Shown here in pieces: positions 19,917-29,993 of a stretch of DNA of 64,000 nucleotides (within the stretch, counting starts at the first letter, position 1; each line of letters opens with the position of its first letter). A program made the position numbers and the translations under genes. The notes beneath the pieces are model-generated. The model had not been told where the DNA came from and searched no databases. It worked only from the letters and a program-made list of their open reading frames with translations. Source of the DNA: Thermodesulfobacteriota bacterium (lineage in GTDB: Bacteria > Desulfobacterota > Desulfarculia > JACQYL01); contig CAXXLZ010000001.1 of assembly GCA_963675595.2 (NCBI GenBank), positions 544,001 to 608,000 on the forward strand. The letters run 5' to 3'.

Positions 19917-20677
19917 TCGTGCGTATACTTCGTCGATTCGTATTGGCTCTTCAGTTTTTGAGCGTGATCCAGGTCTGGGGTCGGGTGCAGGCGGAGGACG
20001 CGGACCTGCCCGCCTCCATGACCTATTACCCCCTGGTGGGCCTGATACTGGGTGCGGCCACGGCGTGGGTGCACCAAGGAGCTCTTAAAGTCTGGCCTCC
20101 TTTTGTGTGCGATCTGACGGCGCTTCTCTTCATGGTGGTGCTCACGCGGGCTCTGCACCTTGACGGACTGGCCGACACCTTGGACGGGATTTTGGGATCC
20201 CATCGTGCCGAGCGCTCCTTGGAAATCATGAAGGACAGCAGCTTGGGCACGTTCGGCGTCACGGGCGTGGTCTGCATCATGCTGTGGAAGTTCGCGGCAC
20301 TCACCGCGGTACCGATGAACATCAAGTTTGACACCCTGCTGCTTATGCCCGTGTTGGGTCGTCACACCATGATTCAGATGGCGTGGCTTTCACCTTACGC
20401 CAGAAGCTCCGGGGGGCTGGGCAAAATCTTCGTCGACGGACTGACCTGGAAACACTATGTTCCGGCCGGGTTGTTCACACTGTTGGTCTGTTTCTGGGCT
20501 GCCGACGTAGCGGGAGTCATGCTGTTCGCGGCAATATGGGGGCTGGGGATCCTGGAGATGCTTCTCTTCAAGAGTCGACTCGGAGGCGTGACCGGGGACG
20601 TCCTCGGTGGATCGGCCGAATTCAACGAGGCCGTAATCCTGATGATCCTGGCCGCCGTGGGCTTCGGGCACCCCTGA
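19913..20677 (+). CDS. cobS: Adenosylcobinamide-GDP ribazoletransferase (cobalamin synthase)
   Basis: LHLDGLADTLDG, IMKDS, GGVTGDVLG. Confidence 0.95.
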   Translation: MIVRILRRFVLALQFLSVIQVWGRVQAEDADLPASMTYYPLVGLILGAATAWVHQGALKVWPPFVCDLTALLFMVVLTRALHLDGLADTLDGILGSHRAERSLEIMKDSSLGTFGVTGVVCIMLWKFAALTAVPMNIKFDTLLLMPVLGRHTMIQMAWLSPYARSSGGLGKIFVDGLTWKHYVPAGLFTLLVCFWAADVAGVMLFAAIWGLGILEMLLFKSRLGGVTGDVLGGSAEFNEAVILMILAAVGFGHP

Positions 20678-20796
20678 GAAAGGAACCGGGTACCGAGGAG
20701 GCGGAAAGGAATTGGGTCTTGCAAACAGCCCTTTTCCGTTCTACACTGCATAAATTCAAAAACTCGAAAAGATACGAGGGGTTCTAGGTTCTTCGC

Positions 20797-21381
20797 ATGG
20801 ATGGATTTCGGTTGTTCCCTCAGGAAAGACTATATGTCGACTATCCGGATTGGATATGGTTTTCCGGCATCATGAGCATAGCAGGCAGCGTCGTATCCGG
20901 CTGCATGATGTTGTACTTGATTTCCATAGATGCTTCCGCTTTGCTGATCTTGTTTTACTTCGTCATGTCGATCGTTCTCCCGCTTTGCGGACACGGATTG
21001 CTCAATTTAAAGAAATGGGCCAAGTCGTCCACGCTGTTGGCGGGCGTGGCGGTGGTGGTCATTACTCTGATTTCGGGAGTCCACCGGGTGGCCTTCGCAG
21101 ATATCCAGAGTATTCCGCCTCCCTCTCCGGGTTTGGTGGATAAGCTGGTGGTCTACGGGTGGATTCTGGCTAACGTGTATATCGTCTCGAGAATTCTCAT
21201 GGACCGAGGCGAGCAGTCTCTGTTCAATCTGCCCAGACCTTCGAGGCCGGATCAGGGGACCTTTTCGTTGGGAGGCCCGATCTACTATTATGTCTTTGTT
21301 TTCCTCTGGTTCGGATTGTTGCTCGCCGCATTCCTGCATCATGTCGGAGCCGTTTCCTTGCCCCTGTGGTCCTTTGCGTGA
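20797..21381 (+). CDS. Hypothetical multi-pass membrane protein
   Basis: About five hydrophobic segments; fills the gap between cobS and the SH3 gene. Confidence 0.55.
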   Translation: MDGFRLFPQERLYVDYPDWIWFSGIMSIAGSVVSGCMMLYLISIDASALLILFYFVMSIVLPLCGHGLLNLKKWAKSSTLLAGVAVVVITLISGVHRVAFADIQSIPPPSPGLVDKLVVYGWILANVYIVSRILMDRGEQSLFNLPRPSRPDQGTFSLGGPIYYYVFVFLWFGLLLAAFLHHVGAVSLPLWSFA

Positions 21382-21495
21382 GCCCTCCCGAGTGAGCGCG
21401 GACCTGCGAACCGAATTCCAGCAGGAGGCCGGGCACCGAATGCCGCCGGAAAACCACCGGAAATTTTCCAGTACAAACCCGAGGAGCGTGGTCTT

Positions 21496-22203
21496 TTGAC
21501 AATCCGAAGCTTGCACCGGTTGCACAGGAGAGTATTCCCCGCTACGATCGTTTTGGCCCTGGCTTTCCTGGTTTTTTTCAGGGCCGAGCCGGGCTGGGCC
21601 CAATACAAGCTGTATGTGACCGACCAGTTCCAGGTGACCTGCAGGAACGGTCCGGGTACGGAGTACCGAATCATCAAGATGCTCGGCTCCGGTGATCGGG
21701 TCGAGTTTCTTTCAGAGGCGGAGGGATGGACTCAGGTTCGCCTCAATGACGGCAAGGTGGGATGGGTGCTCACACGGTGGTTGGTGCGTGAAGAGCCCGC
21801 TTCTTTGGCCGCGGAGAGGTTCAAGAGGCAAAACAAGACCCTGAAGGAAGCCGCCGACGAGTGTGAACGACAACTCGAAGCGGTACAGACGGAAAACCGT
21901 AATCTGAGTTCCGAATTGGAGGGAGTGGCGTCTTTTAATCAGACGCTGAAATCCGATTACGCCACGCTCAGTGAAGAGTGCAAAGACTTCATCAGCCTGA
22001 AGGAGAGCCACGAGGCGGTGAGCGCACGCTACACACAGCTGGAGAAAGAATACAGCCGAGTGAAGTTGGAGCGTGACCAGTCGTTTAGAAGGCATCTCTG
22101 GATGGTGTACGGTGCCGGCATTTTCATTTTTGGGCTGTTGGTCGGGGCCCTTTCACGTAGAATGCGTTCCACCAAGAGGCGCGGAACCTATTTAAGAATG
22201 TAG
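21496..22203 (+). CDS. SH3-domain (YgiM/TIGR04211-like) protein with coiled coil and C-terminal TM
   Basis: YVTD....R.GPGTEYRII..L, GWTQVR, GWV, coiled coil, C-terminal TM helix. Confidence 0.8.
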   Translation: MTIRSLHRLHRRVFPATIVLALAFLVFFRAEPGWAQYKLYVTDQFQVTCRNGPGTEYRIIKMLGSGDRVEFLSEAEGWTQVRLNDGKVGWVLTRWLVREEPASLAAERFKRQNKTLKEAADECERQLEAVQTENRNLSSELEGVASFNQTLKSDYATLSEECKDFISLKESHEAVSARYTQLEKEYSRVKLERDQSFRRHLWMVYGAGIFIFGLLVGALSRRMRSTKRRGTYLRM

Positions 22204-22223
22204 GACGGGGTGACGTTACGAAG

Positions 22224-23654
22224 ATGGCGGGAAATCGAGACAAGAAAGAACTCAAAGCGATCAAGGACAAGCTCTTTCTGAAACCCGGACTCGTGTGGGA
22301 TTCCCTGAACGAGAAAGAGAAGAAGGAAGCCTTCGATTTAGGGGAACGATACAAGCGGTTTCTGACGGACTCGAAAACGGAGCGTGAGGCGGTTAAGGAA
22401 ATAGTCTCTTTTGCCGAATCCCGCGGATTCAAGACGTTGGACAAACCGGGTCGCCACCGAAAGGTGTATGCCGTCTACAAACGGAAGATGGTTGCTTTGG
22501 CGATTTTGGGCAAAGAGCCGCTCAGAAAGGGGCTTCGCATCATATCCGCCCATGTGGATTGCCCTCGTTTGGACCTCAAACAGAATCCTCTTTATGAGGA
22601 TCTGGATATGGCCTTCCTCAAAACCCACTACTATGGCGGGATTAAGAAATATCAATGGGTTGCTCGTCCCCTTGCCGTCCACGGGAAGGTCATTCTCGTG
22701 GACGGCCGAGAAGTGGATTTGGTGATCGGAGAGAATCCCGGGGACCCCGTTTTTATCGTGAACGATCTGTTGCCTCACCTTTCCCACAAAGTCCAGGCGG
22801 ACAAGAAGATGGGAGAGGTGGTCATCGGCGAGAAACTGAACGTTCTGGTGGGTGCGTTGCCTTACCCGAACCGTGATGCGGACGAGCGATTCAAATTCGC
22901 GGTGTTGGATTATTTGAACAAGACTTACGGCATCACGGAAAGCGACTTAGTGTCCGCCGAAATCGAGGTCGTGCCCGCAGGCCCCGCTGTGGACGTAGGT
23001 TTGGACAGAAGCCTCGTGGGGGGTTACGGACAGGACGACAGAGCAAGCGCTTTCAGCGCGTTGTCCGCCATGGGCGATTTGCAGAATCCTGAAACGACTT
23101 GCGTGGCCTTGTTCGTGGATAAGGAAGAAGTCGGGAGTGAGGGCCCCACGGGCGCCAAGAGCCGGTTTTTTGAGAACTTCGTTATGAAGCTGTTCGCAAA
23201 GGCGAATGAAACTCTCAACGTGGGCGCGCTGGAGGAGGCGTTGTTGAACTCCATGGCCGTTTCCGCGGACGTGAGCGCCGCAATGGACCCGAATTGGGCC
23301 GAAGTCCACGAAAAAAGAAACGCCGCCCGACTGGGCTATGGGGTCAGCCTGATCAAATTCACGGGAGTTGCCGGCAAGGTGGCCTCCAATGATGCCAATG
23401 CCGAGTACCTGGGTTGGATGCGCAAAGTTTTTGCAGACTCGGGCGTGATGTGGCATTCCTGTGAATTGGGCAAAGTAGACGAAGGAGGAGGCGGTACCAT
23501 TGCCAAGTTCCTTGCCGAGCACGGCATGGAAGTGGTGGACATGGGAATACCGGTCCTCTCGATGCATTCTCCCTTCGAAATCTCCCATAAGGGAGATCAA
23601 TACATGGCCTACAAGGCCTTCAAGGCGTTTTTCACCGCCAAAGCGCCCTCTTAA
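22224..23654 (+). CDS. M18 family aminopeptidase
   Basis: KTERE, AHVDCPRLDLK, YYGGIKKYQW, GQDDR, DKEEVGS, GGGGTI, LSMHSP. Confidence 0.9.
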   Translation: MAGNRDKKELKAIKDKLFLKPGLVWDSLNEKEKKEAFDLGERYKRFLTDSKTEREAVKEIVSFAESRGFKTLDKPGRHRKVYAVYKRKMVALAILGKEPLRKGLRIISAHVDCPRLDLKQNPLYEDLDMAFLKTHYYGGIKKYQWVARPLAVHGKVILVDGREVDLVIGENPGDPVFIVNDLLPHLSHKVQADKKMGEVVIGEKLNVLVGALPYPNRDADERFKFAVLDYLNKTYGITESDLVSAEIEVVPAGPAVDVGLDRSLVGGYGQDDRASAFSALSAMGDLQNPETTCVALFVDKEEVGSEGPTGAKSRFFENFVMKLFAKANETLNVGALEEALLNSMAVSADVSAAMDPNWAEVHEKRNAARLGYGVSLIKFTGVAGKVASNDANAEYLGWMRKVFADSGVMWHSCELGKVDEGGGGTIAKFLAEHGMEVVDMGIPVLSMHSPFEISHKGDQYMAYKAFKAFFTAKAPS

Positions 23655-23756
23655 CAGGCCGACGCCCATCGAGTGGTGTCGCCCTTTTCCTTCTGCGAGG
23701 AACTCCCGCCCAAGGTTTCGGCCTCAATTCTCTCACTCGGTCCGGCATAGTTCGTG

Positions 23757-24527
23757 TCAGAGTCGGACCGTGGCGAACACCGGAAAATGGTCCGATGGAT
23801 ATCTTTCGTCGTAGGTATTTTCGATAATCTTGATATCCAGGACCTGAACCCGCCCTTTTAGAAGTATCCAGTCGATCCTTCCACGATCCCCGATGCCGGT
23901 GAAACCATGCCAAGTCGACTTCTCGGACTTTTTCGATTCCGTCCAAGCGTCGCGGAAGCCGGCCTGCGGTCCCGTGAGGTTCACATAAGGAGCGGAGCCG
24001 GGGACGTCGTTAAAGTCCCCCATAAGCAGGACCGGAGTATCTTCAGGTATCCGTTTGGTCAATTCGTCCAGCAGTGTCCGGGATTGGCCGAATCTTGCCG
24101 GAGCACTCAAGTGGTCGAGGTGGGTGACACAGCAGAAGAGACGTTTGGTTTCTTCCGTGGACTCGAGAAGAGCCCAAGTCGCGAGTCTCGGAAAAGCGCT
24201 GTTCCAGCTTTTGCTTGCATGGCGGAGGGGGGTTTCGGAAAGCCAGAAATCTCCGCCGTCCGTGACCCGGAAACTTCCCGCTCGGTAGAAAAGACACGGG
24301 TACATTCGCTCGGGGTCCCAGTCCCTGTGGTCCTCCGCGGAACTATAGTCGGGGACGAGTTCCTGCAACTGCCGGATCTGGGGCCGGCGACCTTCCTGCG
24401 TTCCAAACAGGTCGGGGAGGTATTCTTCTATAAGACGCGCCGTACGGTGTTTTCTGAAGGGCCAGTTATCCTCGCCGTCTTCCGAGGTTTCACGCCGCAG
24501 GTTGATTGTGAGCACGCTGAGAATCAT
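23757..24527 (-). CDS. Endonuclease/exonuclease/phosphatase family protein
   Basis: T.N, GTQE, FWLSETP, THLD, MGDFN, RIDWI, SDHFPV. Confidence 0.9.
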   Translation of the reverse strand: MILSVLTINLRRETSEDGEDNWPFRKHRTARLIEEYLPDLFGTQEGRRPQIRQLQELVPDYSSAEDHRDWDPERMYPCLFYRAGSFRVTDGGDFWLSETPLRHASKSWNSAFPRLATWALLESTEETKRLFCCVTHLDHLSAPARFGQSRTLLDELTKRIPEDTPVLLMGDFNDVPGSAPYVNLTGPQAGFRDAWTESKKSEKSTWHGFTGIGDRGRIDWILLKGRVQVLDIKIIENTYDERYPSDHFPVFATVRL

Positions 24528-24671
24528 CGCTCTTCGCTAAGAACTGGGGTGGTTTCGCACTGAGTAGAAGTGTCGCGCTCAATTGGAGGCGCCGAATTGG
24601 ACGCTCTTCCGGAGATCGCCCCGCGTGTCGGCCCAAAGGCGAGCTTGAATCTCCCGCCTTTGAGCGTTGGG

Positions 24672-24938
24672 TTATTCGATAATATAGTCCCTTAATGCCT
24701 TGTGAGACCACACGGCCAATGGGCCGGTCTGCCCCGTCAGCGGGTCGACTCTATGACGATAAGAGGCATGAACTTGGTTCTGCTCAAGCATCCAGTTCCA
24801 TCCACGGACGAAATAGGGACATTCATCATTAAAACAAACGAACTGATATTCTCCCTCCCACGTCGTGGCGTCGGGGACCGCCCATTTCGTCATTTCCTCA
24901 CCGCAATGCGGGCATTTCGGGATTACGTTTCCGGTCAT
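24672..24938 (-). CDS. Small zinc-ribbon protein
   Basis: CPHC...CFNDEC; GGAGG RBS. Confidence 0.65.
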   Translation of the reverse strand: MTGNVIPKCPHCGEEMTKWAVPDATTWEGEYQFVCFNDECPYFVRGWNWMLEQNQVHASYRHRVDPLTGQTGPLAVWSHKALRDYIIE

Positions 24939-25266
24939 TTATACCTCCCTCGCGAGCGCATGCGATGCGTCGCTGTTTTTCTTTTGAGTGGGTCTTTTCA
25001 CAGATGTTAAATTTCTCGCCGGGGATTGTCAATTTTCTCGCTTTGAAATGTGGTAAGGTTGGAGAGCGTCTCGAGACGTTTTTCCTTTTTGTCGGAATGG
25101 AGGCCGTTCCCGGCGCCGCCGCGAAGTCGCGCGGTCCCATCTTTTCCGGCACTTTTCCGTTCGGATGATTGCCGCCGGCACCGATTCCGAATCCATCTCG
25201 TAATCGACCTGCGGCCGGCGGGGTTCAAGCAACGCAAAGGCGATTAAGTCGACATTTGGAGAATCC

Positions 25267-25791
25267 ATGAGTTTTGAGTCTCTTAAAGCATTCGTCCTGC
25301 AGGGAATCGCGGCGGCCGGCCTGAACCGAGCCGTCATGCGGGGGCTCGCGGCAGACCACGGTCTGCAGGGAGCGGCCCTTCTGGTTGTGGCGATCGGCGG
25401 CGCCTTGTCCGCCGTCGGTCATATGAATCCGATGGGCGTGTTGTACTACCCCTTCGTATCATTGTTGCTGTTTCTTCTCAACGTGGCTGCACTGCATTTG
25501 ATGGCGGGTGTGTTCTTCAAGGGCAAGGGAACGTACAATGGACTTATGATCGTGCTCGGTGCCGCATCCGTCGTTAACTGGGTGGCGGTAATCCCTCTCT
25601 TGGGCTCGATTTTAGGTTTCGCGGCATCTCTTTGGTTCCTGGTTGTCGGCGTGGCGGCCGTTGAGGAGCTTTACCGTCTGGACCGGATGCGGGCGGTGCT
25701 TTCCGTGATCGTCCCCATCATAGCGGTGTCTTTTCTTCTTGTGCTTTTCGGGCTGGCCGGAGTTCCGATCTGGAACGGCGGTCGAATGTGA
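25267..25791 (+). CDS. YIP1-like membrane protein
   Basis: About five TM segments, F.G.G.Y and IPLLG pattern; GGAG RBS. Confidence 0.65.
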   Translation: MSFESLKAFVLQGIAAAGLNRAVMRGLAADHGLQGAALLVVAIGGALSAVGHMNPMGVLYYPFVSLLLFLLNVAALHLMAGVFFKGKGTYNGLMIVLGAASVVNWVAVIPLLGSILGFAASLWFLVVGVAAVEELYRLDRMRAVLSVIVPIIAVSFLLVLFGLAGVPIWNGGRM

Positions 25792-26134
25792 GACAGTGGC
25801 AGGCTGTTGAAGAACGCAATTTGCGGAGTTGCGCTTTGTCCCTCGTCACTGGGGCTTACTATGTGTAAGGCGTATTCTTCGAGCAGCACGCGCCCGCACG
25901 ACATCGTTTTTCAACGAGCTGCGGCGAGGGAGCAATTTCAACGCTCTACGAAATGGGAGGGGAGGGCGATCTCGCGTTCCGCAGATCGTCCAATGCCGTA
26001 CTCGACAGGTCGCAGGCTCCTTGCAAGGACATAGGCCGGGTCCGTCACGCCTCCGAGATTCGTTACGAAAGTGTTTGAGCCGATCCTGGTGAATTTGTAT
26101 AACGGGATCAAAATGATGAGGATGGAGGGAATTC

Positions 26135-26626
26135 ATGGCCGAAGGCAAGCAGGTATCGGTGATCTTGAAGAACGAACCGGGTGAATTGGCTCGCTTGAGC
26201 GAGATATTCGAGAGGAATCACATTAATATCCTCGCAATCAGCATACAGAACGCAAAGAATTTCCTGATGGAATTGTTTCGAGCCAGGGAAAAGACCGGCC
26301 GCAGAATTACTATGGCGGATCATTATCGAGGGATTCTCAGAGAAACCGCTTCTTACTCACTCATACGTCTCCTCGTTGATCGACCCGACGAAGCGGAGGA
26401 AGAGCTGCTTTCCAACGGTTATGCCACGGATTCGTCCAAAGTGCTCGTCCTCGCCATGGACAATCGGCCGGGAATTCTTGGAAAAATGGCCAGGCAACTG
26501 GCCCTCGAGAACATTAATATAGATTACGTATACGGTTCAGCCATGGACGATGCCGAACGATCGATTTTTGTGTTCCATGTGGACGAAAACGATTGGGAGC
26601 GGGCTTCTACGGTATTTTCGGACTAA
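26135..26626 (+). CDS. Tandem ACT-domain protein
   Basis: QVSV.L.NEPGEL...INI.A and DNRPG.L...INIDY.Y. Confidence 0.82.
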   Translation: MAEGKQVSVILKNEPGELARLSEIFERNHINILAISIQNAKNFLMELFRAREKTGRRITMADHYRGILRETASYSLIRLLVDRPDEAEEELLSNGYATDSSKVLVLAMDNRPGILGKMARQLALENINIDYVYGSAMDDAERSIFVFHVDENDWERASTVFSD

Positions 26627-26627
26627 C

Positions 26628-28025
26628 ATGATGAAGTCGACCACGACGAGGGTGGCTGAAATCCTGACGGGAACATTCCCCGAGGGTGAGGTGCGCGTCA
26701 AGGGCTGGGTACGGACGCGAAGGGATTCAAAGGGGGGCTTTTCTTTTATTGAGTTGAATGACGGCTCGTGTCTCAAGAGCGTCCAGGTAGTGGCGGACGG
26801 AGGTTTGGACAATTACGATTCGGAAGTCCTCAAGCTGACCACGGGCTGCTGCGTCGACGTGCGGGGCACGGTGGTGGCATCGCCCGGAAAAGGACAATCC
26901 CTTGAGATAATAGCGAAGCAGCTGCATGTTCTCGGCTGGGCCGATCCTGAAACCTACCCGCTTCAGAAGAAACGCCATTCTTATGAATACCTCAGGGGGG
27001 TCGCCCATCTAAGAGCACGGACCAATACTTTTGGCGCCGTGGCACGAATCCGAAGCGTCTTAAGCGATGCCTGTCACCAATTCTTTCAAGAAAGAGGTTT
27101 CGTGCTTCTTCACACTCCCATCATCACGGGGAGCGACTGCGAGGGGGCCGGAGCCATGTTTCGCGTTACCACCTCGAACGCGGAGGTTTCTCCCGGGGTG
27201 GGCCCGTCGGTGGAGGCCGAAGACTTTTTCGGGAAATCGGCCTACCTTACAGTGAGCGGTCAATTGGAGGCCGAGACCTATGCCATGGCACTGGGCCGCG
27301 TTTATACCTTCGGGCCGACTTTCCGTGCCGAGAATTCCAACACTTCGCGCCACTTGGCCGAATTCTGGATGGTCGAGCCCGAGATGGCTTTCTTCGATTT
27401 ATCGGACGACGCGGACCTCGCCGAGGCTTTTGTCAAACATTTGGCGGGGGCCGTATTGGAGCGGTGTTCGGACGATCTCGACCTGTTCCGACGGTTTGTG
27501 CAGTCGTCGCATACGCCGGATCTCCGGATCATGGTGGATGAACCCTTCGAGCGGATCACGTATACCGAAGCGGTGGACCTGCTGTTGAAGTCCGGGGAGC
27601 GTTTTGACACACCGGTGGAATGGGGGACCGACCTACAGTCGGAGCACGAACGGTACCTTGCGGAGACGGTCTTCAAAAGGCCTCTGATTCTCACGGACTA
27701 TCCCAAGGACATCAAACCGTTCTATATGAGGGTGAACGACGATGGGCGAACGGTTGCGGCCATGGACGTCCTGGTGGCCGGAATAGGTGAAATCATCGGA
27801 GGAGGACAGCGAGAGGAAAGGTATGACGTGCTCGTAAATCGAATGAAGGAACTGGGGATGGAACTCGAACCCTATTGGTGGTACCTGGACCTTCGGTCTT
27901 ACGGTACTGCTCCGCATGCGGGTTTCGGCTTGGGCTTCGATCGGATGGTCCAGTTCGTCACAGGTATGGCCAACATCCGGGACGTGATCCCTTTTCCCCG
28001 GACACCGGGAAACGTGGAGTTTTAG
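26628..28025 (+). CDS. asnS: Asparagine--tRNA ligase
   Basis: GWVRTRR OB fold, [43 protein letters not shown]. Confidence 0.97.
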   Translation: MMKSTTTRVAEILTGTFPEGEVRVKGWVRTRRDSKGGFSFIELNDGSCLKSVQVVADGGLDNYDSEVLKLTTGCCVDVRGTVVASPGKGQSLEIIAKQLHVLGWADPETYPLQKKRHSYEYLRGVAHLRARTNTFGAVARIRSVLSDACHQFFQERGFVLLHTPIITGSDCEGAGAMFRVTTSNAEVSPGVGPSVEAEDFFGKSAYLTVSGQLEAETYAMALGRVYTFGPTFRAENSNTSRHLAEFWMVEPEMAFFDLSDDADLAEAFVKHLAGAVLERCSDDLDLFRRFVQSSHTPDLRIMVDEPFERITYTEAVDLLLKSGERFDTPVEWGTDLQSEHERYLAETVFKRPLILTDYPKDIKPFYMRVNDDGRTVAAMDVLVAGIGEIIGGGQREERYDVLVNRMKELGMELEPYWWYLDLRSYGTAPHAGFGLGFDRMVQFVTGMANIRDVIPFPRTPGNVEF

Positions 28026-28598
28026 ATGGCCGGCGTTCTACCTTGGAAACTTATCGGGAGTGTCCGCCGGTTTTCCGACCGGGTCTTCGACCTGCGATCG
28101 GACATGGCACAGTCGTCCATGACGGGACGGGAGCATGAATTTCACGTGCTGGAGGCGGGACCTTGGGTTAATGTAATTCCACTGACCCCCAATGAACGGG
28201 TGGTGCTCATTCGTCAGTTCCGGCACGGAATCCGGGACATGACTCTGGAGATTCCGGGCGGGATGGTGGAGCACGGTATGTCCCCGTTGCAGGCGGGCAA
28301 GCAGGAGCTTATTGAGGAAACGGGCTGCACCGCCGAGCGATGGACGGATTTGGGCTGGGTGCATCCCAACCCGGCGATTCTGACCAATCGTTGTCACACC
28401 TTTCTTGCGCGTGATTTGGCTTGTGATGAATCTCAAGAGCTCGACGAAACCGAGGAAATTGAGATTCTGAACGTGCCTTTGGACGAGATTCCCACCCTGA
28501 TTCGGGAAGGAAAGATCACTCACGCGCTGGTGGTCGTGGCCTTTTACCGTCTCTTCGTGGAAATCGGCTTCAAGGGCGGAAGCGACGCGCTTGCTTAG
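28026..28598 (+). CDS. NUDIX hydrolase (ADP-ribose pyrophosphatase-like)
   Basis: EIPGG.VE......AG.QELIEETG Nudix box; QFRH. Confidence 0.88.
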   Translation: MAGVLPWKLIGSVRRFSDRVFDLRSDMAQSSMTGREHEFHVLEAGPWVNVIPLTPNERVVLIRQFRHGIRDMTLEIPGGMVEHGMSPLQAGKQELIEETGCTAERWTDLGWVHPNPAILTNRCHTFLARDLACDESQELDETEEIEILNVPLDEIPTLIREGKITHALVVVAFYRLFVEIGFKGGSDALA

Positions 28599-28851
28599 GT
28601 CTTGAGAATACCGATCAGTCGGGCTGTCGGCTCTTCCCGTGTCGGGAGGCCGAAAACCCCGATCGGCGCATGGAATCCGTTGAATTTCAGATTGCCCCTG
28701 CAAACTTTTCGTGGAGGAATGCCGGCGAAGGGCAAGAATCGATGAATTCGCCATGATACCCTCGGAGAAGGCAACCATGCGAGGATTTGACAATGGAGCG
28801 ACGTTTTCATCTCGACCGGCGGTACTCGAATCGCCCGGCGATTTGAACGTC

Positions 28852-29376
28852 ATGGATGTGGACTGGAGGACGGAAGTAACCCGACAAGGAAACCGGGTTA
28901 CCCTGGCGGGCAGTTCCGTGGCGATGCACTGCCACCACTACAATATCAACCTTCAGACCATGTTGGAGGAGACGTTGGGAAGGGCCGGCGTGGAGCTCAT
29001 GTTCAGAGCCGCGGAGCTCTCGACGAGTCACGGATTCCGCACGCTCCTTGCCAGATATCCGCAAATACGCACCGTGAAATCGAAGATCGAACTGGCCGAA
29101 ACTCTGCACCAGACCTGTGGTATGGGTTTGATCCATTTTCGAGAGGCGGGAGCGAATCTTTCCAGAGCTGAATCCGTCTCGAGCCACCATGTAACCGGGT
29201 GGCTCGCCAAACATGGTAGAAGAACCAAACCGGGCTGCCACTTCACGAGAGGATGGATCGCCGGAATACTTTCAGTCTTGTTTGGAGGTGAATACGACGT
29301 CATCGAGACCTCGTGCAAGTTGGTCGAAGGAAACGTGTGTGAGTTCATAGCCAAAGAGAAGACCGATGGCCATTGA
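28852..29376 (+). CDS. V4R (4-vinyl reductase) domain protein
   Basis: G.G, CHFTRGWIAG and ETSC......CEF V4R Cys/Glu pattern; N-terminal HCHHYN; start uncertain. Confidence 0.7.
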   Translation: MDVDWRTEVTRQGNRVTLAGSSVAMHCHHYNINLQTMLEETLGRAGVELMFRAAELSTSHGFRTLLARYPQIRTVKSKIELAETLHQTCGMGLIHFREAGANLSRAESVSSHHVTGWLAKHGRRTKPGCHFTRGWIAGILSVLFGGEYDVIETSCKLVEGNVCEFIAKEKTDGH

Positions 29377-29980
29377 TGGAGACCGAATCATCCGTGCGGT
29401 AATGTTGAAATCCGGAGTGAGGGATTCCAAAGGCATCATGCCTATCTTTGGGGTGTATCTCTCGTTGAATTACATGTCTTACTATAATGAGATTTCTTTC
29501 GAGTTTGAGCGGGCCATGGGCAAGGAAAGGAGGGAGGAGGCCGAGGGACTTCTCGTGGCCGCCGCCCAAGAGTGTGGATACGCCACGTTTCATGGGATTC
29601 GTACGTCCGCCGAATGGGGGACACTCGTTCAGCCCATGATCGAGACCGATACGGATCGAATTCATGCCTTTGCCGCCATTGCCGTTGCCCTGGGGTGGGG
29701 GGAGCTCGTCGTTGAGGAGATCGTTCCACACGAACGGCTGGTGATTCAGGCCAGAAACGGTTACGAGGCGGATGGTTACCTCCAGAACTACGGGACTGCG
29801 GACTCGGGCAGGTGTTATATGCTGCGGGGCGTTACCGCGGGTTTCATGGACCTATTATACGGTCCCCCTTATCCGGACGGGTGTTTTGCATATGAAGCCA
29901 AGGAGACGAGATGCCGCGCGATGGGAGCTCCCTACTGCGAATTCATCGCGCAGAGAAAGTCGGGAAATTCCGGACTCTGA
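29366..29980 (+). CDS. V4R domain protein
   Basis: LGWG, CYMLRG..AG, ETRCRAMGAPYCEF. Confidence 0.8.
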   Translation: MAIDGDRIIRAVMLKSGVRDSKGIMPIFGVYLSLNYMSYYNEISFEFERAMGKERREEAEGLLVAAAQECGYATFHGIRTSAEWGTLVQPMIETDTDRIHAFAAIAVALGWGELVVEEIVPHERLVIQARNGYEADGYLQNYGTADSGRCYMLRGVTAGFMDLLYGPPYPDGCFAYEAKETRCRAMGAPYCEFIAQRKSGNSGL

Positions 29981-29993
29981 GAACGAAAGGTCT

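Noticed and set aside
29772-29993. N-terminal extension of the histidine kinase given by the ORF track
   Set aside because: Overlaps the V4R gene by about 200 nt and looks non-coding. Similar over-extended starts were trimmed for 9117, 26550, 36358, 43453, 47174, 49353 and 55097.
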